From Sediminibacterium roseum (lineage in GTDB: Bacteria > Bacteroidota > Bacteroidia > Chitinophagales > Chitinophagaceae), in assembly GCF_009939005.1 (NCBI RefSeq), contig NZ_JAACJS010000011.1, forward strand, positions 128,096 through 152,095: 24,000 nt of DNA. The letters run 5' to 3'. The notes under the pieces are model-generated. The model was not told where the DNA came from. It saw only the letters and a list, made by a program, of their open reading frames with translations, and made no database searches. Below are positions 1-9,896 of the stretch, one piece after another (the first letter of the stretch is position 1; every line of letters begins with the position of its first letter). Both the position numbers and the translations under genes were made by a program.

Positions 1-1890
1 CCAGTTGCCACGTACGGATTGCCATTCTCCGGGGCGGTTTACAAAATCGCTTTTGTAAAGCTGTTTTCCATCGCGTACGATCTCAATGTCTTTGTATTCG
101 GTCTGTGTATCCCATGTGGCCAGCCCGATGCCGCCCGTATTGCGTGGTTTGGGATCTTCCGGCTTTTTAATGCTTAAGCTAACGGGCAGGTTTTTATCCG
201 CCCGCTGGCGGTTCATCAGTTGAATGGTGTAATACGAGATGCGGGCAAAACTGCTGTCAGACTTGAATTTGATCAGGTTCACCGGCCAGTGCCTTGTGTT
301 TACATTTTCAAAAAGTGGCGCGTAGCTCGACATCTTAACGAGGTCGCCATTGTTCTCCATACCCATGATGTATACCGCATCATTCAATGCAGCAAGCATG
401 TTACCGGCGCCCACACCTGCATTGGTTGCATATTCGCCAACGTATACTTCGTAATCGCCGCGTTTGTATTTGTCGAAATGATCGTAATTGTTGAATGTCC
501 AGAAAGCTCCTTTATAAGCGTGCTCATCGGCCATATCAGTTGTTTTGATGCTGTCGAGCGTACGCTTGTTAATGTCGCCGATACCCATGCTTGAAATGAT
601 CTTGATGCCGGGGTATTTTGATTTGATCGCTTCGTGAAAACGGTTGTACCTGCGTGCATACCACGGGCCGTGCTGTTCGTTGCCCACTTCAATGTATTTT
701 AAAGGAAACGGTTTCGGATGGCCGTTTGCCGCGCGCAGTTTACCCCATCTGGAAGTGACGGGCCCCACTGCGTATTCAAGCGCATCCAGCACATCATCGA
801 TCACCGGTTGCAGGTCCTCGTCTTTGATGAAGGTGCCGCTCCTGAACTCGCAGGAAACACCGGCGTTGAAAACATACAGCGCGTCGGCTTTGATGTCTTC
901 ACAAAACTGGAGGTATTCGTGGAAGCCGAAACCATCGCTCGACCAATAGCCCCATACGCTGAAGGTTCCGGGGCGTTTTTCGAGTTTACCGATCGATGTT
1001 TTCCAGTTGGGCGCGCTCTCAACATTGATGCCTTCCACGAAACAGCCACCGGGCCAGCGAACGAATGCGGGTTTGAGATCGGCAAGGTATTGCCCGAGAT
1101 CTGCACGTACACCATTGGGCCGGTTCATGAATGTTTTGCGTGGGAAAAGAGAAACAAAATCAAACCAGATGTTTCCCGTACCGCCAAATGAAAAAGCAAA
1201 CCGCGCCTTGCCATCGCTGGCGGAAGGAACCAATGCGCAACTGTATTGCTTCCATTCGTTCCTGGGTGCAGGTGTAAAAGTATGCGAAGCAATGACCGAA
1301 CCGTTTTGTGAAAGCAGCAATACAGTAAGGGGGCCTTTGTACGAACCATCTGAATGCATATAAAAACTGAGGTCGTAGGTTTCACCTTTCTTTGCATCAA
1401 TACCCCAGAACCCCTCGTTGGCAAAATAATTATTACCCGCGGAAAGTTTTTTAATGGACAGGTGTGCAGATTGCGGTGTTTCTGCAGTAAGCGGATCGTT
1501 TTTGTCAAGCGCCAGGGAAATATCAGCGCCCAAGCCCGTTTCCAGTTTCCAATAAGGGAAATCTGTTTGCACGGGCCATGGCATTTTCCAGTTGCTTGCT
1601 TTGCCATTGAGATTGTAATGCGGCTTTTTCTGCGGGTTGCCATCAAGCATTCCATTAACCACAACCGCACCGGGCGGGATACGGCTCTCTTCGAAACCGC
1701 GGTTCTGGATGAGCTCAGCGTAAAGACCACCTTCGCCACCATGACTGATCTCTTCAAAGAAAATACCATGCAGCGTAGGCGCAACGGTATTCTTAACTTC
1801 TCCCGCATTAACTTTTAAGACCGCATGTTGCTGTGCCGGCAACGCAAGGGCACAACCAACGCAGGCGGTTACGAGTATTGAACGCAACAT
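1..1890 (-). CDS. Secreted glycoside hydrolase family 51 alpha-L-arabinofuranosidase; the C-terminus runs off the window start
   Basis: This ORF is absent from the supplied track because it has no stop inside the window. I translated it by hand from the ATG at 1890 (minus). It opens with MLRSILVTACVGCALALPAQQ, which looks like a signal peptide. It then gives TLHGIFFEEISHGGEGGLYAELIQNRGFE, a GH51/plant-ASD1-type N-terminal signature, followed by KYIEVGNEQHGPW (clan GH-A acid/base GNE motif) and EVYVGEYATN (nucleophile-type motif). Spot checks at 780 and 240 stay in frame and the frame is open to base 1. All listed ORFs in 220-1818 lie in other frames and have no recognisable motifs. Confidence 0.85.
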   Translation of the reverse strand, partial: MLRSILVTACVGCALALPAQQHAVLKVNAGEVKNTVAPTLHGIFFEEISHGGEGGLYAELIQNRGFEESRIPPGAVVVNGMLDGNPQKKPHYNLNGKASNWKMPWPVQTDFPYWKLETGLGADISLALDKNDPLTAETPQSAHLSIKKLSAGNNYFANEGFWGIDAKKGETYDLSFYMHSDGSYKGPLTVLLLSQNGSVIASHTFTPAPRNEWKQYSCALVPSASDGKARFAFSFGGTGNIWFDFVSLFPRKTFMNRPNGVRADLGQYLADLKPAFVRWPGGCFVEGINVESAPNWKTSIGKLEKRPGTFSVWGYWSSDGFGFHEYLQFCEDIKADALYVFNAGVSCEFRSGTFIKDEDLQPVIDDVLDALEYAVGPVTSRWGKLRAANGHPKPFPLKYIEVGNEQHGPWYARRYNRFHEAIKSKYPGIKIISSMGIGDINKRTLDSIKTTDMADEHAYKGAFWTFNNYDHFDKYKRGDYEVYVGEYATNAGVGAGNMLAALNDAVYIMGMENNGDLVKMSSYAPLFENVNTRHWPVNLIKFKSDSSFARISYYTIQLMNRQRADKNLPVSLSIKKPEDPKPRNTGGIGLATWDTQTEYKDIEIVRDGKQLYKSDFVNRPGEWQSVRGNW

Positions 1891-1923
1891 GCTTTTGAGT
1901 TAAATGTTTTGATTTTGTATTGA

Positions 1924-3087
1924 TCAATGCTTTCCGAAAGCATATACAGTGGAGGTCTGGTATTTTTTTCCAGGCTCGAGTGTTGTTGACGGAAAGGATG
2001 GTTGGTTGGGCGCATCAGGGTAGTGCTGTGTTTCAAGACAGAACGCGGAGCGGTGCATGTATTTTTTTCCTGATTTTCCCTGGAGCGTTCCGTCTAAAAA
2101 ATTGCCACTGTAAAACTGGATGGCGGGCTCGGTGGTCAATACCGTTAACTGGATACCGGTATTGGGTGAATATACAACGGCAGCCTCACGTAAACCAGCC
2201 GTAGCAACGGGTTTCAGCACAAAGTTGTGATCGTAGCCCAGGCCATTCTTTAATTGCGCATCCGATGCGCCGATGTCTTTGCCAATGGCTTTCGCCGTAG
2301 TGAAATCGAACGGCGTTCCTTTTACATCCTGAAGGATACCTGTTGGGATCAATGTTGAGTCTACAGGCGTAAACTTATCGGCGTTGATGGTAAGCACGTG
2401 ATCAAGAATGGTTGAGTCGCCATCACCGTTGAGGTTGAAATAGCTGTGGTTGGTGAGGTTCACAATGGTTTTCTTATCGGTGGTTGCTTCGTAGTCGATC
2501 CTGAGCTGGTTGTCTTCAGACAATCTATAAGTAACCTGCACAGAAAGATTCCCGGGGTATCCTTCTTCACCGTCTTTTGAGATGTAGTTCAGCACAAGCG
2601 TATGGGCATCCGGTTGCGAGGCATCCCAAACCTGGTTGTGAAAACCTTTCGGGCCGCCGTGGAGTGCGTTCACGCCGTTGTTAACCGCCAGTTGATACGT
2701 TGTGCCATCAAGCTGGAACTTCCCCCGGGCGATGCGGTTGCCGTATCGGCCGATGATGGCGCCGAAATAAGCTTCTGGCTGGGAGAGGTAATCTTTCAGG
2801 TTGTTGTAACCCGTTACCACATCGGTTGGTTTACCATCTTTACCAGGCACCTGCAGCGCCACTACCCTGCCACCGAAATTGGTGATCGCAACCTGCATCT
2901 GTGCGGCATTGCGAAGGAAATATATGGAAACGGCCTTGCCTTCTGTTTCGCCGGCATACGCTCTTTTAAGCGCAACGGTATCGATGGAACCCAGGGCGGC
3001 AGCGGGCGCGGATGGTTCAGACTGGCAGCCGGCCGCAAGCAGGGCCAGGCCAACAACAGGGAGGATACTTAAGTTTTTCATAAGCAT
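1924..3087 (-). CDS. galM: Aldose 1-epimerase (galactose/arabinose mutarotase), lipoprotein-type signal
   Basis: 387-aa ORF. The N-terminus MLMKNLSILPVVGLALLAAGCQSE contains a lipobox (LAAGC). Mutarotase signatures are present: GNRIARGKF, NALHGGPKGFHNQVW, LTNHSYFNL, AFCLETQHYPDAPN. It lies 33 bp upstream of the arabinofuranosidase on the same strand, which suggests an operon. Confidence 0.9.
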   Translation of the reverse strand: MLMKNLSILPVVGLALLAAGCQSEPSAPAAALGSIDTVALKRAYAGETEGKAVSIYFLRNAAQMQVAITNFGGRVVALQVPGKDGKPTDVVTGYNNLKDYLSQPEAYFGAIIGRYGNRIARGKFQLDGTTYQLAVNNGVNALHGGPKGFHNQVWDASQPDAHTLVLNYISKDGEEGYPGNLSVQVTYRLSEDNQLRIDYEATTDKKTIVNLTNHSYFNLNGDGDSTILDHVLTINADKFTPVDSTLIPTGILQDVKGTPFDFTTAKAIGKDIGASDAQLKNGLGYDHNFVLKPVATAGLREAAVVYSPNTGIQLTVLTTEPAIQFYSGNFLDGTLQGKSGKKYMHRSAFCLETQHYPDAPNQPSFPSTTLEPGKKYQTSTVYAFGKH

Positions 3088-3259
3088 AAGGCTTTACAAT
3101 CGTGAAAAAAACGGGCAAACAGGCGCCGGGCGGCGGGTATCTGCACCGGTATAGCAAAGACAAAATAAGGAGTAATTATTAATTGTCCAAAAAACACTTA
3201 TTATTTCCTGCAATCATTTCGTGCATTATTGTAAATTGCTATCTGACCAATCACTGATT

Positions 3260-3973
3260 ATGGGCATGGTAAGGTATCACAAACAGACACGCATACTCGT
3301 GGCAATCGACTGTATCATTTTTGGCTTCGACGGCAACGAGCTGAAACTTCTCCTTGTACAGAGGGGGCTGGAATATGAAAAGGGCAAATGGAGTCTTATG
3401 GGTGGGTTCATCCAGAAGAACGAAGACTTTAACAAGGGTTCTGCGCGGATCCTGAAAGAGCTTACGGGCCTGGAAGGCGTTTACATGGAGCAGTTGCTGG
3501 CCTTTGGCAATGTGGACCGCGATCCTATTGAACGTACTGTATCCATTGCGTATTTTGCCTTGATCGATATCAATAAATATGAAAAACAGCTGAACACAGA
3601 TTACCATGCGGAGTGGTTCCCGATACACAAGATCCCGAAATTGATCTTCGACCACGCAGATATGGTAAAGATGGCCAAGCAGAAACTGCGTTACAAGGCC
3701 GCCTTCCACCCGATTATTTTTGAATTGCTGCCGGAGAAATTTACGCTTCCGCAGTTGCAGATCCTGTACGAGTCGATATTTGATACGGAATTCGACAAAC
3801 GCAATTTCAGCCGCAAACTGCGTTCCACCAAACTGCTCATCAAACAAAAAGACAAAGAAAAAGAGAGCTCAAAAAAAGGAGCCTATTATTATAAGCTCGA
3901 TAAAAAACAGTATGCCACCAACTTCCATGCCATCCTCAACCTGATCCCGAACCCGGGAAATATTATCAATTAA
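3260..3973 (+). CDS. Nudix-domain transcriptional regulator, NrtR family (arabinose-regulon regulator type)
   Basis: The track ORF starts at a GTG at 3221. The first ATG is at 3260 (MGMVRYHKQTRILVAIDCIIFG) and seems the likelier start. The Nudix fold has a degenerate Nudix box, GGFIQKNEDFNKGSARILKELTGL, where RE becomes RI and EE becomes KE. This fits a non-catalytic regulator. The basic C-terminal segment (FDKRNFSRKLRSTKLLIKQ) fits a winged-helix DNA-binding domain. The gene sits divergent from galM and directly upstream of araBDA, as NrtR-type arabinose regulators do in Bacteroides. Confidence 0.75.
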   Translation: MGMVRYHKQTRILVAIDCIIFGFDGNELKLLLVQRGLEYEKGKWSLMGGFIQKNEDFNKGSARILKELTGLEGVYMEQLLAFGNVDRDPIERTVSIAYFALIDINKYEKQLNTDYHAEWFPIHKIPKLIFDHADMVKMAKQKLRYKAAFHPIIFELLPEKFTLPQLQILYESIFDTEFDKRNFSRKLRSTKLLIKQKDKEKESSKKGAYYYKLDKKQYATNFHAILNLIPNPGNIIN

Positions 3974-3999
3974 AAAGGAAAATATTTTTTCCTTTTTTT
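3972..3999 (+). terminator. Weak AT-rich hairpin plus T-run after the regulator gene
   Basis: The sequence aaaaaggaaaa-tatt-ttttcc-ttttttt forms a GGAAAA/TTTTCC stem followed by a T-run. The stem has only two G:C pairs, so termination is probably partial at best. Confidence 0.3.
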
Positions 4000-4054
4000 A
4001 TTTGTACATTTAAAAGTGTTATTTTGACACGAATTACAAAAACGATTTTTGTCG

Positions 4055-5734
4055 ATGAGGAAAGATTCTTATGTACTTGGAGTGGACTATGGAACCGACT
4101 CCGTACGCACAGTTGTTGTGAACACGAACAATGGGGATACGGTTGCTTCCGCGGTATTTTATTACCCTCGCTGGAAACAGGGTTTGTACTGCAACGACGA
4201 AGAAAACCGCTTCCGCCAGCACCCGCTGGATTATGTGGAAGGACTGGAGCAAACCATCACGGCCTGCGTAAAACAAGCGGGCCCCGACATAGCAGCAAAG
4301 ATCTGCGCAATAGGCGTGGATACAACAGGCTCCTCTCCTGTTGCGGTGAACGAAGCAGGCACGCCGCTTGCGCTCCTCAGCGAATTTTCAGAGAATCCGA
4401 ATGCCATGTTTGTGTTGTGGAAAGACCACACTTCCCTTCCCGAAGCGGCGCAGATCAATGAGCATGCAAAGAAATTTGATGTCAACTACCTGCAATACGT
4501 AGGCGGCATTTATTCATCTGAATGGTTCTGGGCCAAACTGCTCCACGTGCTGCGCGAAGACGAGGCTGTGCGGAAGGCCTGTTATTCGTGGGTGGAGCAT
4601 TGCGATTGGATCCCTTTTCTTCTTACCGGTGGCACCCACATTTCGCAACTGAAAAGAAGTGTTTGCGCGGCGGGTCATAAGGGATTGTGGGCCGAAGCAT
4701 TCAATGGCTACCCACCCGATCCTTTTTTCTCTTCACTCGATCCACTGCTCAAGGGTTATGTGGATACGCTGGGAAAAGACACCTACACTTCCGATCAACC
4801 GGCGGGCACGCTTTCGAAAGAGTGGGCCGCGAAACTGGGGCTTCCTGAAACCGTGGTTGTTGCCGTTGGCGCATTTGATGCACACATGGGCGCCGTTGGC
4901 GGGCAGATCGAACCGTATTACCTGAGCCGCGTAATGGGCACTTCTACCTGCGACATACTCGTTGCGCCCACCGAAGAGTTGGGTGGTACGTTGGTGAAAG
5001 GCATCTGCGGACAAGTGAACGGATCGGTGATCCCCGGCATGATCGGTTTGGAAGCAGGGCAAAGCGCTTTCGGCGATACGTATGCGTGGTTCAAGAACAT
5101 GCTGCTTCAGCCGGTGAAGGAACTCATCGGCGCATCGTCGTTGATCGATGAGGAAACAAAAACCAAACTGGCCGACGAATTATCGGAAAAACTATTGCCG
5201 CAACTTTCGGCGAAAGCCGCATTGTTATACCCGGATGAAAAAGACGAGATCGCGATCGACTGGCTCAACGGAAGAAGGACACCCGATGCAAACCAGTTCC
5301 TGAAAAGCAGCATCAACGGGCTGAGCCTTTCTACCGATGCTGTAAAAATTTTCAGGTCGCTTGTTGAAGCCACCTGTTTTGGCGCGCGGATGATCATAGA
5401 CAGGTTTGAGCAGGAAGGTGTGCCCGTAAAAGGCGTGATCGGCCTGGGTGGTGTTGCAAAACGCGCACCTTATGTGATGCAGGTGTTGAGCAATGTATTG
5501 AACAGGCCCATCCGCATTCACAAAAGCGAACAGACCTGCGCACTCGGCGCTGCGATGTTTGCTGCAACAGCGGCAGGCGTATACAAAAAAACAGAAGATG
5601 CGATGTTGCACATGGGCCAGGGTTTTGACACCATCTATGAAGCCGATGCTGCCAAAGCGGCCATCTACGATCTGCGCTATGCGCAGTATAAAAAGCAAGG
5701 CGCATTCATTGAACAAAACAGCAATAAATTATAA
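4055..5734 (+). CDS. araB: L-ribulokinase
   Basis: The track ORF begins at a TTG at 4049. An ATG follows at 4055 (MRKDSYVLGVDYGTDSVR), which is the FGGY-kinase N-terminal GxDxGT motif. Length of about 559 aa and motifs FVLWKDHTS, YSSEWFWAKLLH, GLEAGQSAFGD and IGLGGVAK are typical of AraB. It is followed by araD and araA. Confidence 0.9.
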   Translation: MRKDSYVLGVDYGTDSVRTVVVNTNNGDTVASAVFYYPRWKQGLYCNDEENRFRQHPLDYVEGLEQTITACVKQAGPDIAAKICAIGVDTTGSSPVAVNEAGTPLALLSEFSENPNAMFVLWKDHTSLPEAAQINEHAKKFDVNYLQYVGGIYSSEWFWAKLLHVLREDEAVRKACYSWVEHCDWIPFLLTGGTHISQLKRSVCAAGHKGLWAEAFNGYPPDPFFSSLDPLLKGYVDTLGKDTYTSDQPAGTLSKEWAAKLGLPETVVVAVGAFDAHMGAVGGQIEPYYLSRVMGTSTCDILVAPTEELGGTLVKGICGQVNGSVIPGMIGLEAGQSAFGDTYAWFKNMLLQPVKELIGASSLIDEETKTKLADELSEKLLPQLSAKAALLYPDEKDEIAIDWLNGRRTPDANQFLKSSINGLSLSTDAVKIFRSLVEATCFGARMIIDRFEQEGVPVKGVIGLGGVAKRAPYVMQVLSNVLNRPIRIHKSEQTCALGAAMFAATAAGVYKKTEDAMLHMGQGFDTIYEADAAKAAIYDLRYAQYKKQGAFIEQNSNKL

Positions 5735-5756
5735 CAGACACCGATCAAAAAACAAC

Positions 5757-6455
5757 ATGGGAAAATTTGAAGAACTGAAGAAAGCGGCTTACGATGCCAA
5801 TATGCAGCTGCCTGAACTGGGGCTTGTGCTTTTTACATTTGGCAACGTGAGCGTTGCAGACAGAGACTTACAGGTATTTGCCATCAAACCCAGCGGTGTG
5901 CCTTATAAAGACCTCACGCCGGAGCAAATGGTGATCGTGGATTTTGATGCGAATACGATTGAAGGATCGCTGCGCCCGTCATCCGATACAAAAACGCATG
6001 CAGTATTATACAAGGAATGGAACAGCATCGGCAGTATTGTGCACACGCATTCTACTTATGCAACAGCATGGGCGCAATCGCTGCAGGACATACCCGTGTA
6101 TGGAACAACGCATGCGGATCATGCCACCGTTCCTGTACCCTGTGCACCGCCGATGGATGATGAGATGATCAAGGGCGACTATGAACATGAAACCGGCTAC
6201 CAGATCATCAATTGTTTTAAAGAACGGAATTTAAGTCCGGGAGAACTGGAAATGATACTGGTCGGCAACCATGCCCCTTTTACCTGGGGCGCCACTGCGC
6301 ACAAGGCCGTATACAATGCGGCAGTGCTGGAAGAAGTGGCGAAGATGGCTTTCCTTACGCAAACAATTTATCCCGCGGCGGCTCCTTTGAAAGATTCGCT
6401 GATCAGGAAACACTACGAAAGAAAACACGGGCCGCATTCTTACTACGGCCAATAA
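5757..6455 (+). CDS. araD: L-ribulose-5-phosphate 4-epimerase (class II aldolase fold)
   Basis: The track ORF (5559-6455) has an N-terminal extension that overlaps the araB 3' end. The plausible start is the ATG at 5757 (MGKFEELKKAAYDANMQLPELGLVLFTFGNVS), giving about 232 aa. AraD signatures are present: IKPSGVPYKDL, SIVHTHSTYATAWAQ, YGTTHADH. Confidence 0.92.
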   Translation: MGKFEELKKAAYDANMQLPELGLVLFTFGNVSVADRDLQVFAIKPSGVPYKDLTPEQMVIVDFDANTIEGSLRPSSDTKTHAVLYKEWNSIGSIVHTHSTYATAWAQSLQDIPVYGTTHADHATVPVPCAPPMDDEMIKGDYEHETGYQIINCFKERNLSPGELEMILVGNHAPFTWGATAHKAVYNAAVLEEVAKMAFLTQTIYPAAAPLKDSLIRKHYERKHGPHSYYGQ

Positions 6456-6482
6456 TTTCAATATCAAAAAAAAGCAAAGCAC

Positions 6483-7976
6483 ATGACCGATCTTAAAACG
6501 CTTGAAGTCTGGTTTGTAACCGGAAGTCAGCATTTATATGGAGAAGAAACGCTGAAACAGGTTGCCTCCAATTCAAAGACAATTGCCGATTCGCTGAATG
6601 CGGATGAGCAGATGCCGGTAAAAATAATTTACAAGCCCACCGTAAAAACAGCGGAGGAGATCTACAGCATTTGCCAGGAAGCCAACCGAGAGGAAAAATG
6701 CATCGGCCTGATCACATGGATGCATACGTTTTCGCCTGCAAAAATGTGGATCGCGGGACTGAAGATCCTCAACAAGCCCATGCTTCACCTGCACACACAA
6801 TTCAACCGCGATATTCCCTGGAGCACGATCGATATGGATTTTATGAACCTGAACCAGAGTGCGCATGGCGACAGGGAGTTTGGTTTTATCATGACGAGGA
6901 TGCGGCTCAACCGCAAGGTGGTGGTGGGCCATTGGCAGGACCGCCAATCCATCGCAAGGATCTGCAACTGGATCCGTTCGGCTGCGGGATGGAACGACTG
7001 GCAGCAGGCAAAGTTTGCGCGCTTCGGAGACAACATGCGCAATGTTGCGGTAACCGAGGGCGACAAGGTTGAAGCGGAAATTAAATTCGGTTATTCGGTG
7101 AACACGTATGGTGTGGGCGATCTTGTAGAAGTGATCAACGCAGTGAAAGAAAGTGAGATTACCGCACTGATCGAAGAATACCACGCGAGTTATAACATAG
7201 CGCCTGCCCTGCAGAAAGGTGGCGCACAGGAATCTTCTTTATACGATGCAGCAAAGATAGAACTGGGCATACAGTCGTTCCTGGAAGAAGGTGGTTTCAA
7301 AGGGTTCACAACAACGTTTGAAGATCTGCACGGCATGAAACAACTGCCCGGTATTGCAGCGCAGCGCCTGATGGCAAAGGGTTACGGCTTTTCGGGTGAG
7401 GGCGACTGGAAAACAGCTGCGCTTGTACGCGCGATGAAGGTGATGGGAAGCGGGCAGGCAGGCGGCACTTCCTTTATGGAAGATTATACCTATCATTTCA
7501 ATCCCGATAACCCAATGGTACTCGGCGCACACATGCTCGAGATCTGTGAGACGATCGCGGATGGCAAGCCATCGTGCGAGATACACCCGCTGGGCATTGG
7601 CGGAAAGGCAGATCCTGTAAGGCTTGTATTCAATTCGGGCCCCGGCCCCGCGATCAATGCATCGGTTATTGATATGGGCAACCGGTTCCGTTTGCTTGTG
7701 AACGAAGTGGTTTCGGTGGCGCCCATTGCAGGATTGCCGAACCTCCCGGTGGCGCGTGTGTTGTGGAAACCATATCCGGACATGAACACCGGTTGTGCCG
7801 CCTGGATACTTGCAGGAGGCGCGCACCATACCTCCTACTCTCAAAACATCAGTGCGGAGCAGATGGAAGATTTTGCGGGTATGGCGGAAATTGAGTATGT
7901 TTTGATCAATAACGATACAAGGTTATACCAATTCAAGAACGAACTGCGCTGGAACGAAATGTTCTATGCACGGTAA
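6483..7976 (+). CDS. araA: L-arabinose isomerase
   Basis: 497 aa, starting [24 protein letters not shown], the canonical AraA N-terminus. Further motifs are [37 protein letters not shown] and GAHMLE. Confidence 0.95.
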   Translation: MTDLKTLEVWFVTGSQHLYGEETLKQVASNSKTIADSLNADEQMPVKIIYKPTVKTAEEIYSICQEANREEKCIGLITWMHTFSPAKMWIAGLKILNKPMLHLHTQFNRDIPWSTIDMDFMNLNQSAHGDREFGFIMTRMRLNRKVVVGHWQDRQSIARICNWIRSAAGWNDWQQAKFARFGDNMRNVAVTEGDKVEAEIKFGYSVNTYGVGDLVEVINAVKESEITALIEEYHASYNIAPALQKGGAQESSLYDAAKIELGIQSFLEEGGFKGFTTTFEDLHGMKQLPGIAAQRLMAKGYGFSGEGDWKTAALVRAMKVMGSGQAGGTSFMEDYTYHFNPDNPMVLGAHMLEICETIADGKPSCEIHPLGIGGKADPVRLVFNSGPGPAINASVIDMGNRFRLLVNEVVSVAPIAGLPNLPVARVLWKPYPDMNTGCAAWILAGGAHHTSYSQNISAEQMEDFAGMAEIEYVLINNDTRLYQFKNELRWNEMFYAR

Positions 7977-8006
7977 AAACACAAATCAAAACCAAAAACT
8001 GTCATT

Positions 8007-9692
8007 ATGAAAGGGCTTGCTACCATTGACATTGTTGTGTTCCTCATTTATTTCATTCTTATTTCAGGGTATGGCATCTGGATCTACCGGCGCAAAAAGA
8101 AAAAATCAGAGAATACAAAGGATTTTTTTCTTGCCGAAGGTTCCCTCACGTGGTGGGCCATCGGTGCATCGCTGATCGCTTCCAACATTTCTGCGGAACA
8201 GTTCATCGGCATGAGCGGTGAAGGATTTTTTGTGGGAACAGCTGTTGCCGCATACGAATGGATCGCCGCGTTAGCGCTGATCATTATTGCGATCTGGTTC
8301 ATGCCGATCTACCTGAAGAACCGCATCTTTACCATGCCGCAATTTCTGAAGGAGCGTTACAATGAAACCGTTGCGTTGATTATGGCGGTATTCTGGTTGT
8401 TCCTTTATGTATTCGTAAACCTCACTTCGATCCTGTACCTCGGCGCCGTTGCCATCAACGGGTTGGTGGGCGGCGAATACCTGCACGTGATCATGGTATT
8501 GCTGGCTGTGTTTGCACTCTTCATCACGCTTGGCGGAATGAAGGTGATCGGTTATACCGATGTGATACAGGTGGCTGTTTTGATCATCGGTGGATTGGCA
8601 ACAACGTATATGGCGCTTACGATTGTGAGTGAACGGTTTGGTTTGGGCAAGGATGCGCTTGCAGGTTTCAATACGTTACTGAAAGAAGCGCCGGATCATT
8701 TTCACATGATACTTGAAAAACCCGGGCCGGGCGCATCTCAGGAAACCATCAACAAATACCTCGTGCTCCCCGGTATCGCCATGTATTTTGCGGGCCAGTG
8801 GATCGTGAACCTGAATTATTGGGGCTGCAACCAATACATCACGCAACGCGCACTCGGCGCCAACCTGCAGACAGCACGCACCGGTATCCTCTTCGCAGGG
8901 TTGTTAAAACTGATGATGCCCGTGATCGTAATGCTTCCGGGTATTGCGGCATATGTATTGTATAAGAACGGCCACCTGCCCCAACTCGCAGGCGGAAGCA
9001 AAGACGGCGCATACTCGGCCATCCTGGGCTTTCTGCCCGCAGGATTAAAGGGCCTCTCCGTTGCGGCACTAACGGCTGCAATCGTTGCTTCGCTGGCAGG
9101 AAAAGCAAACAGCATTTCCACCATCTTCACACTCGATATCTATAAAAAATACTTCAAACCGAATGCGGAAGAAAAGAAAATGGTATGGACCGGAAGGATC
9201 ACCATTTTTGTTGCCATGATCGTCGGGCTCCTCTTCACATGGAACGACACACTGGGCATCGGTGGCGAAGGTGGGTTTACGTTCATTCAGAAATACACGG
9301 GCTTTATCAGTCCTGGTGTATTTGCCATGTTCATCCTCGGTATGTTCTGGAAGAGAACAACAGGCGCAGCCGCTGTTGCCGGAGTGATCGCAGGTTTTGC
9401 ATTGTCTGTTTTCTTCAACAACTACGCTCCTTCTGTTTTGGGTAACGAAACCATCCTCTATACTGCCTACACTAATGGCAAGGGTGGATACGAGATCCCG
9501 TTCCTGATCAACATGGGCTGGTCGTTCTTCTTTACACTTGTGTTGATGATCGCGATCAGTCTTGGCGGACCGAAAGTAAATCCCAAAGCATTCATATTCG
9601 ACAAGGGTATGTTTAAGGTCAGCAATTCTGTGCTGGTGCTGATCGTAATAACGATCCTTTTACTGAGTGCACTGTATGTGCGGTTTTGGTAG
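8007..9692 (+). CDS. Sodium:solute symporter family (SSF/SGLT-type) sugar transporter, probable arabinose uptake
   Basis: 561 aa and highly hydrophobic, with about 13-14 predicted TM segments. It has an SSF-type N-terminus (FLAEGSLTWWAIGASLIASNISAEQFIGMSGEG) and the motif NYWGCNQYITQRAL. It is the last gene of the ara operon and is followed by a strong terminator. Confidence 0.88.
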   Translation: MKGLATIDIVVFLIYFILISGYGIWIYRRKKKKSENTKDFFLAEGSLTWWAIGASLIASNISAEQFIGMSGEGFFVGTAVAAYEWIAALALIIIAIWFMPIYLKNRIFTMPQFLKERYNETVALIMAVFWLFLYVFVNLTSILYLGAVAINGLVGGEYLHVIMVLLAVFALFITLGGMKVIGYTDVIQVAVLIIGGLATTYMALTIVSERFGLGKDALAGFNTLLKEAPDHFHMILEKPGPGASQETINKYLVLPGIAMYFAGQWIVNLNYWGCNQYITQRALGANLQTARTGILFAGLLKLMMPVIVMLPGIAAYVLYKNGHLPQLAGGSKDGAYSAILGFLPAGLKGLSVAALTAAIVASLAGKANSISTIFTLDIYKKYFKPNAEEKKMVWTGRITIFVAMIVGLLFTWNDTLGIGGEGGFTFIQKYTGFISPGVFAMFILGMFWKRTTGAAAVAGVIAGFALSVFFNNYAPSVLGNETILYTAYTNGKGGYEIPFLINMGWSFFFTLVLMIAISLGGPKVNPKAFIFDKGMFKVSNSVLVLIVITILLLSALYVRFW

Positions 9693-9720
9693 AATGGTAT
9701 GGTATAGTATTATTGACGAT

Positions 9721-9753
9721 AAAAAAAAGCGGATCACTGATCCGCTTTTTTTT
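9721..9753 (+). terminator. Rho-independent terminator of the ara operon
   Basis: The sequence aaaaaaaAGCGGATCActGATCCGCTttttttt is a perfect 8-9 bp GC-containing stem with a T-run. It starts 29 bp after the transporter stop codon. Confidence 0.8.
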
Positions 9754-9866
9754 GCCTGGTAGCGGCACCGCTTCGTTAACCATCCTTGCTACTAAGCAAA
9801 AACAGGTGAGTCAAAATCTGCACATAACCCATCAACATAAGAGAATAGCGCCCGGGTTTGGCTGTA

Positions 9867-9874
9867 TATATTTG
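9867..9874 (+). promoter_or_regulatory. Candidate Bacteroidota sigma-A -7 box (TAnnTTTG)
   Basis: TATATTTG matches the TAnnTTTG consensus exactly. It lies 23 bp upstream of the ATG at 9897. No well-spaced -33 TTTG was found. Confidence 0.35.
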
Positions 9875-9896
9875 ATCTTACACACAACAAAAAAAT

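Noticed and set aside
220-1818. Eight track ORFs (for example 718-1191 +, 1125-1808 -, 1354-1818 +) that might be genes
   Set aside because: All lie in frames other than the single uninterrupted minus-strand frame, which encodes a recognisable GH51 arabinofuranosidase from 1890 to base 1. Their translations are Cys/Arg-rich with no motifs, so they are shadow ORFs.
3088-4054. TTGTA/TACAA-type half-sites (about 3104, 3182, 3229, 4002, 4033) as the NrtR-type operator
   Set aside because: The spacing is irregular and I cannot recall the published consensus well enough. Short AT-rich words like these occur by chance in AT-rich intergenic DNA. I did not call this as a feature.
5559-5756. A long N-terminal extension of araD overlapping araB by 176 bp
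   Set aside because: The extension is an out-of-frame reading of the araB 3' end. The ATG at 5757 yields the canonical AraD N-terminus and a length of about 232 aa.
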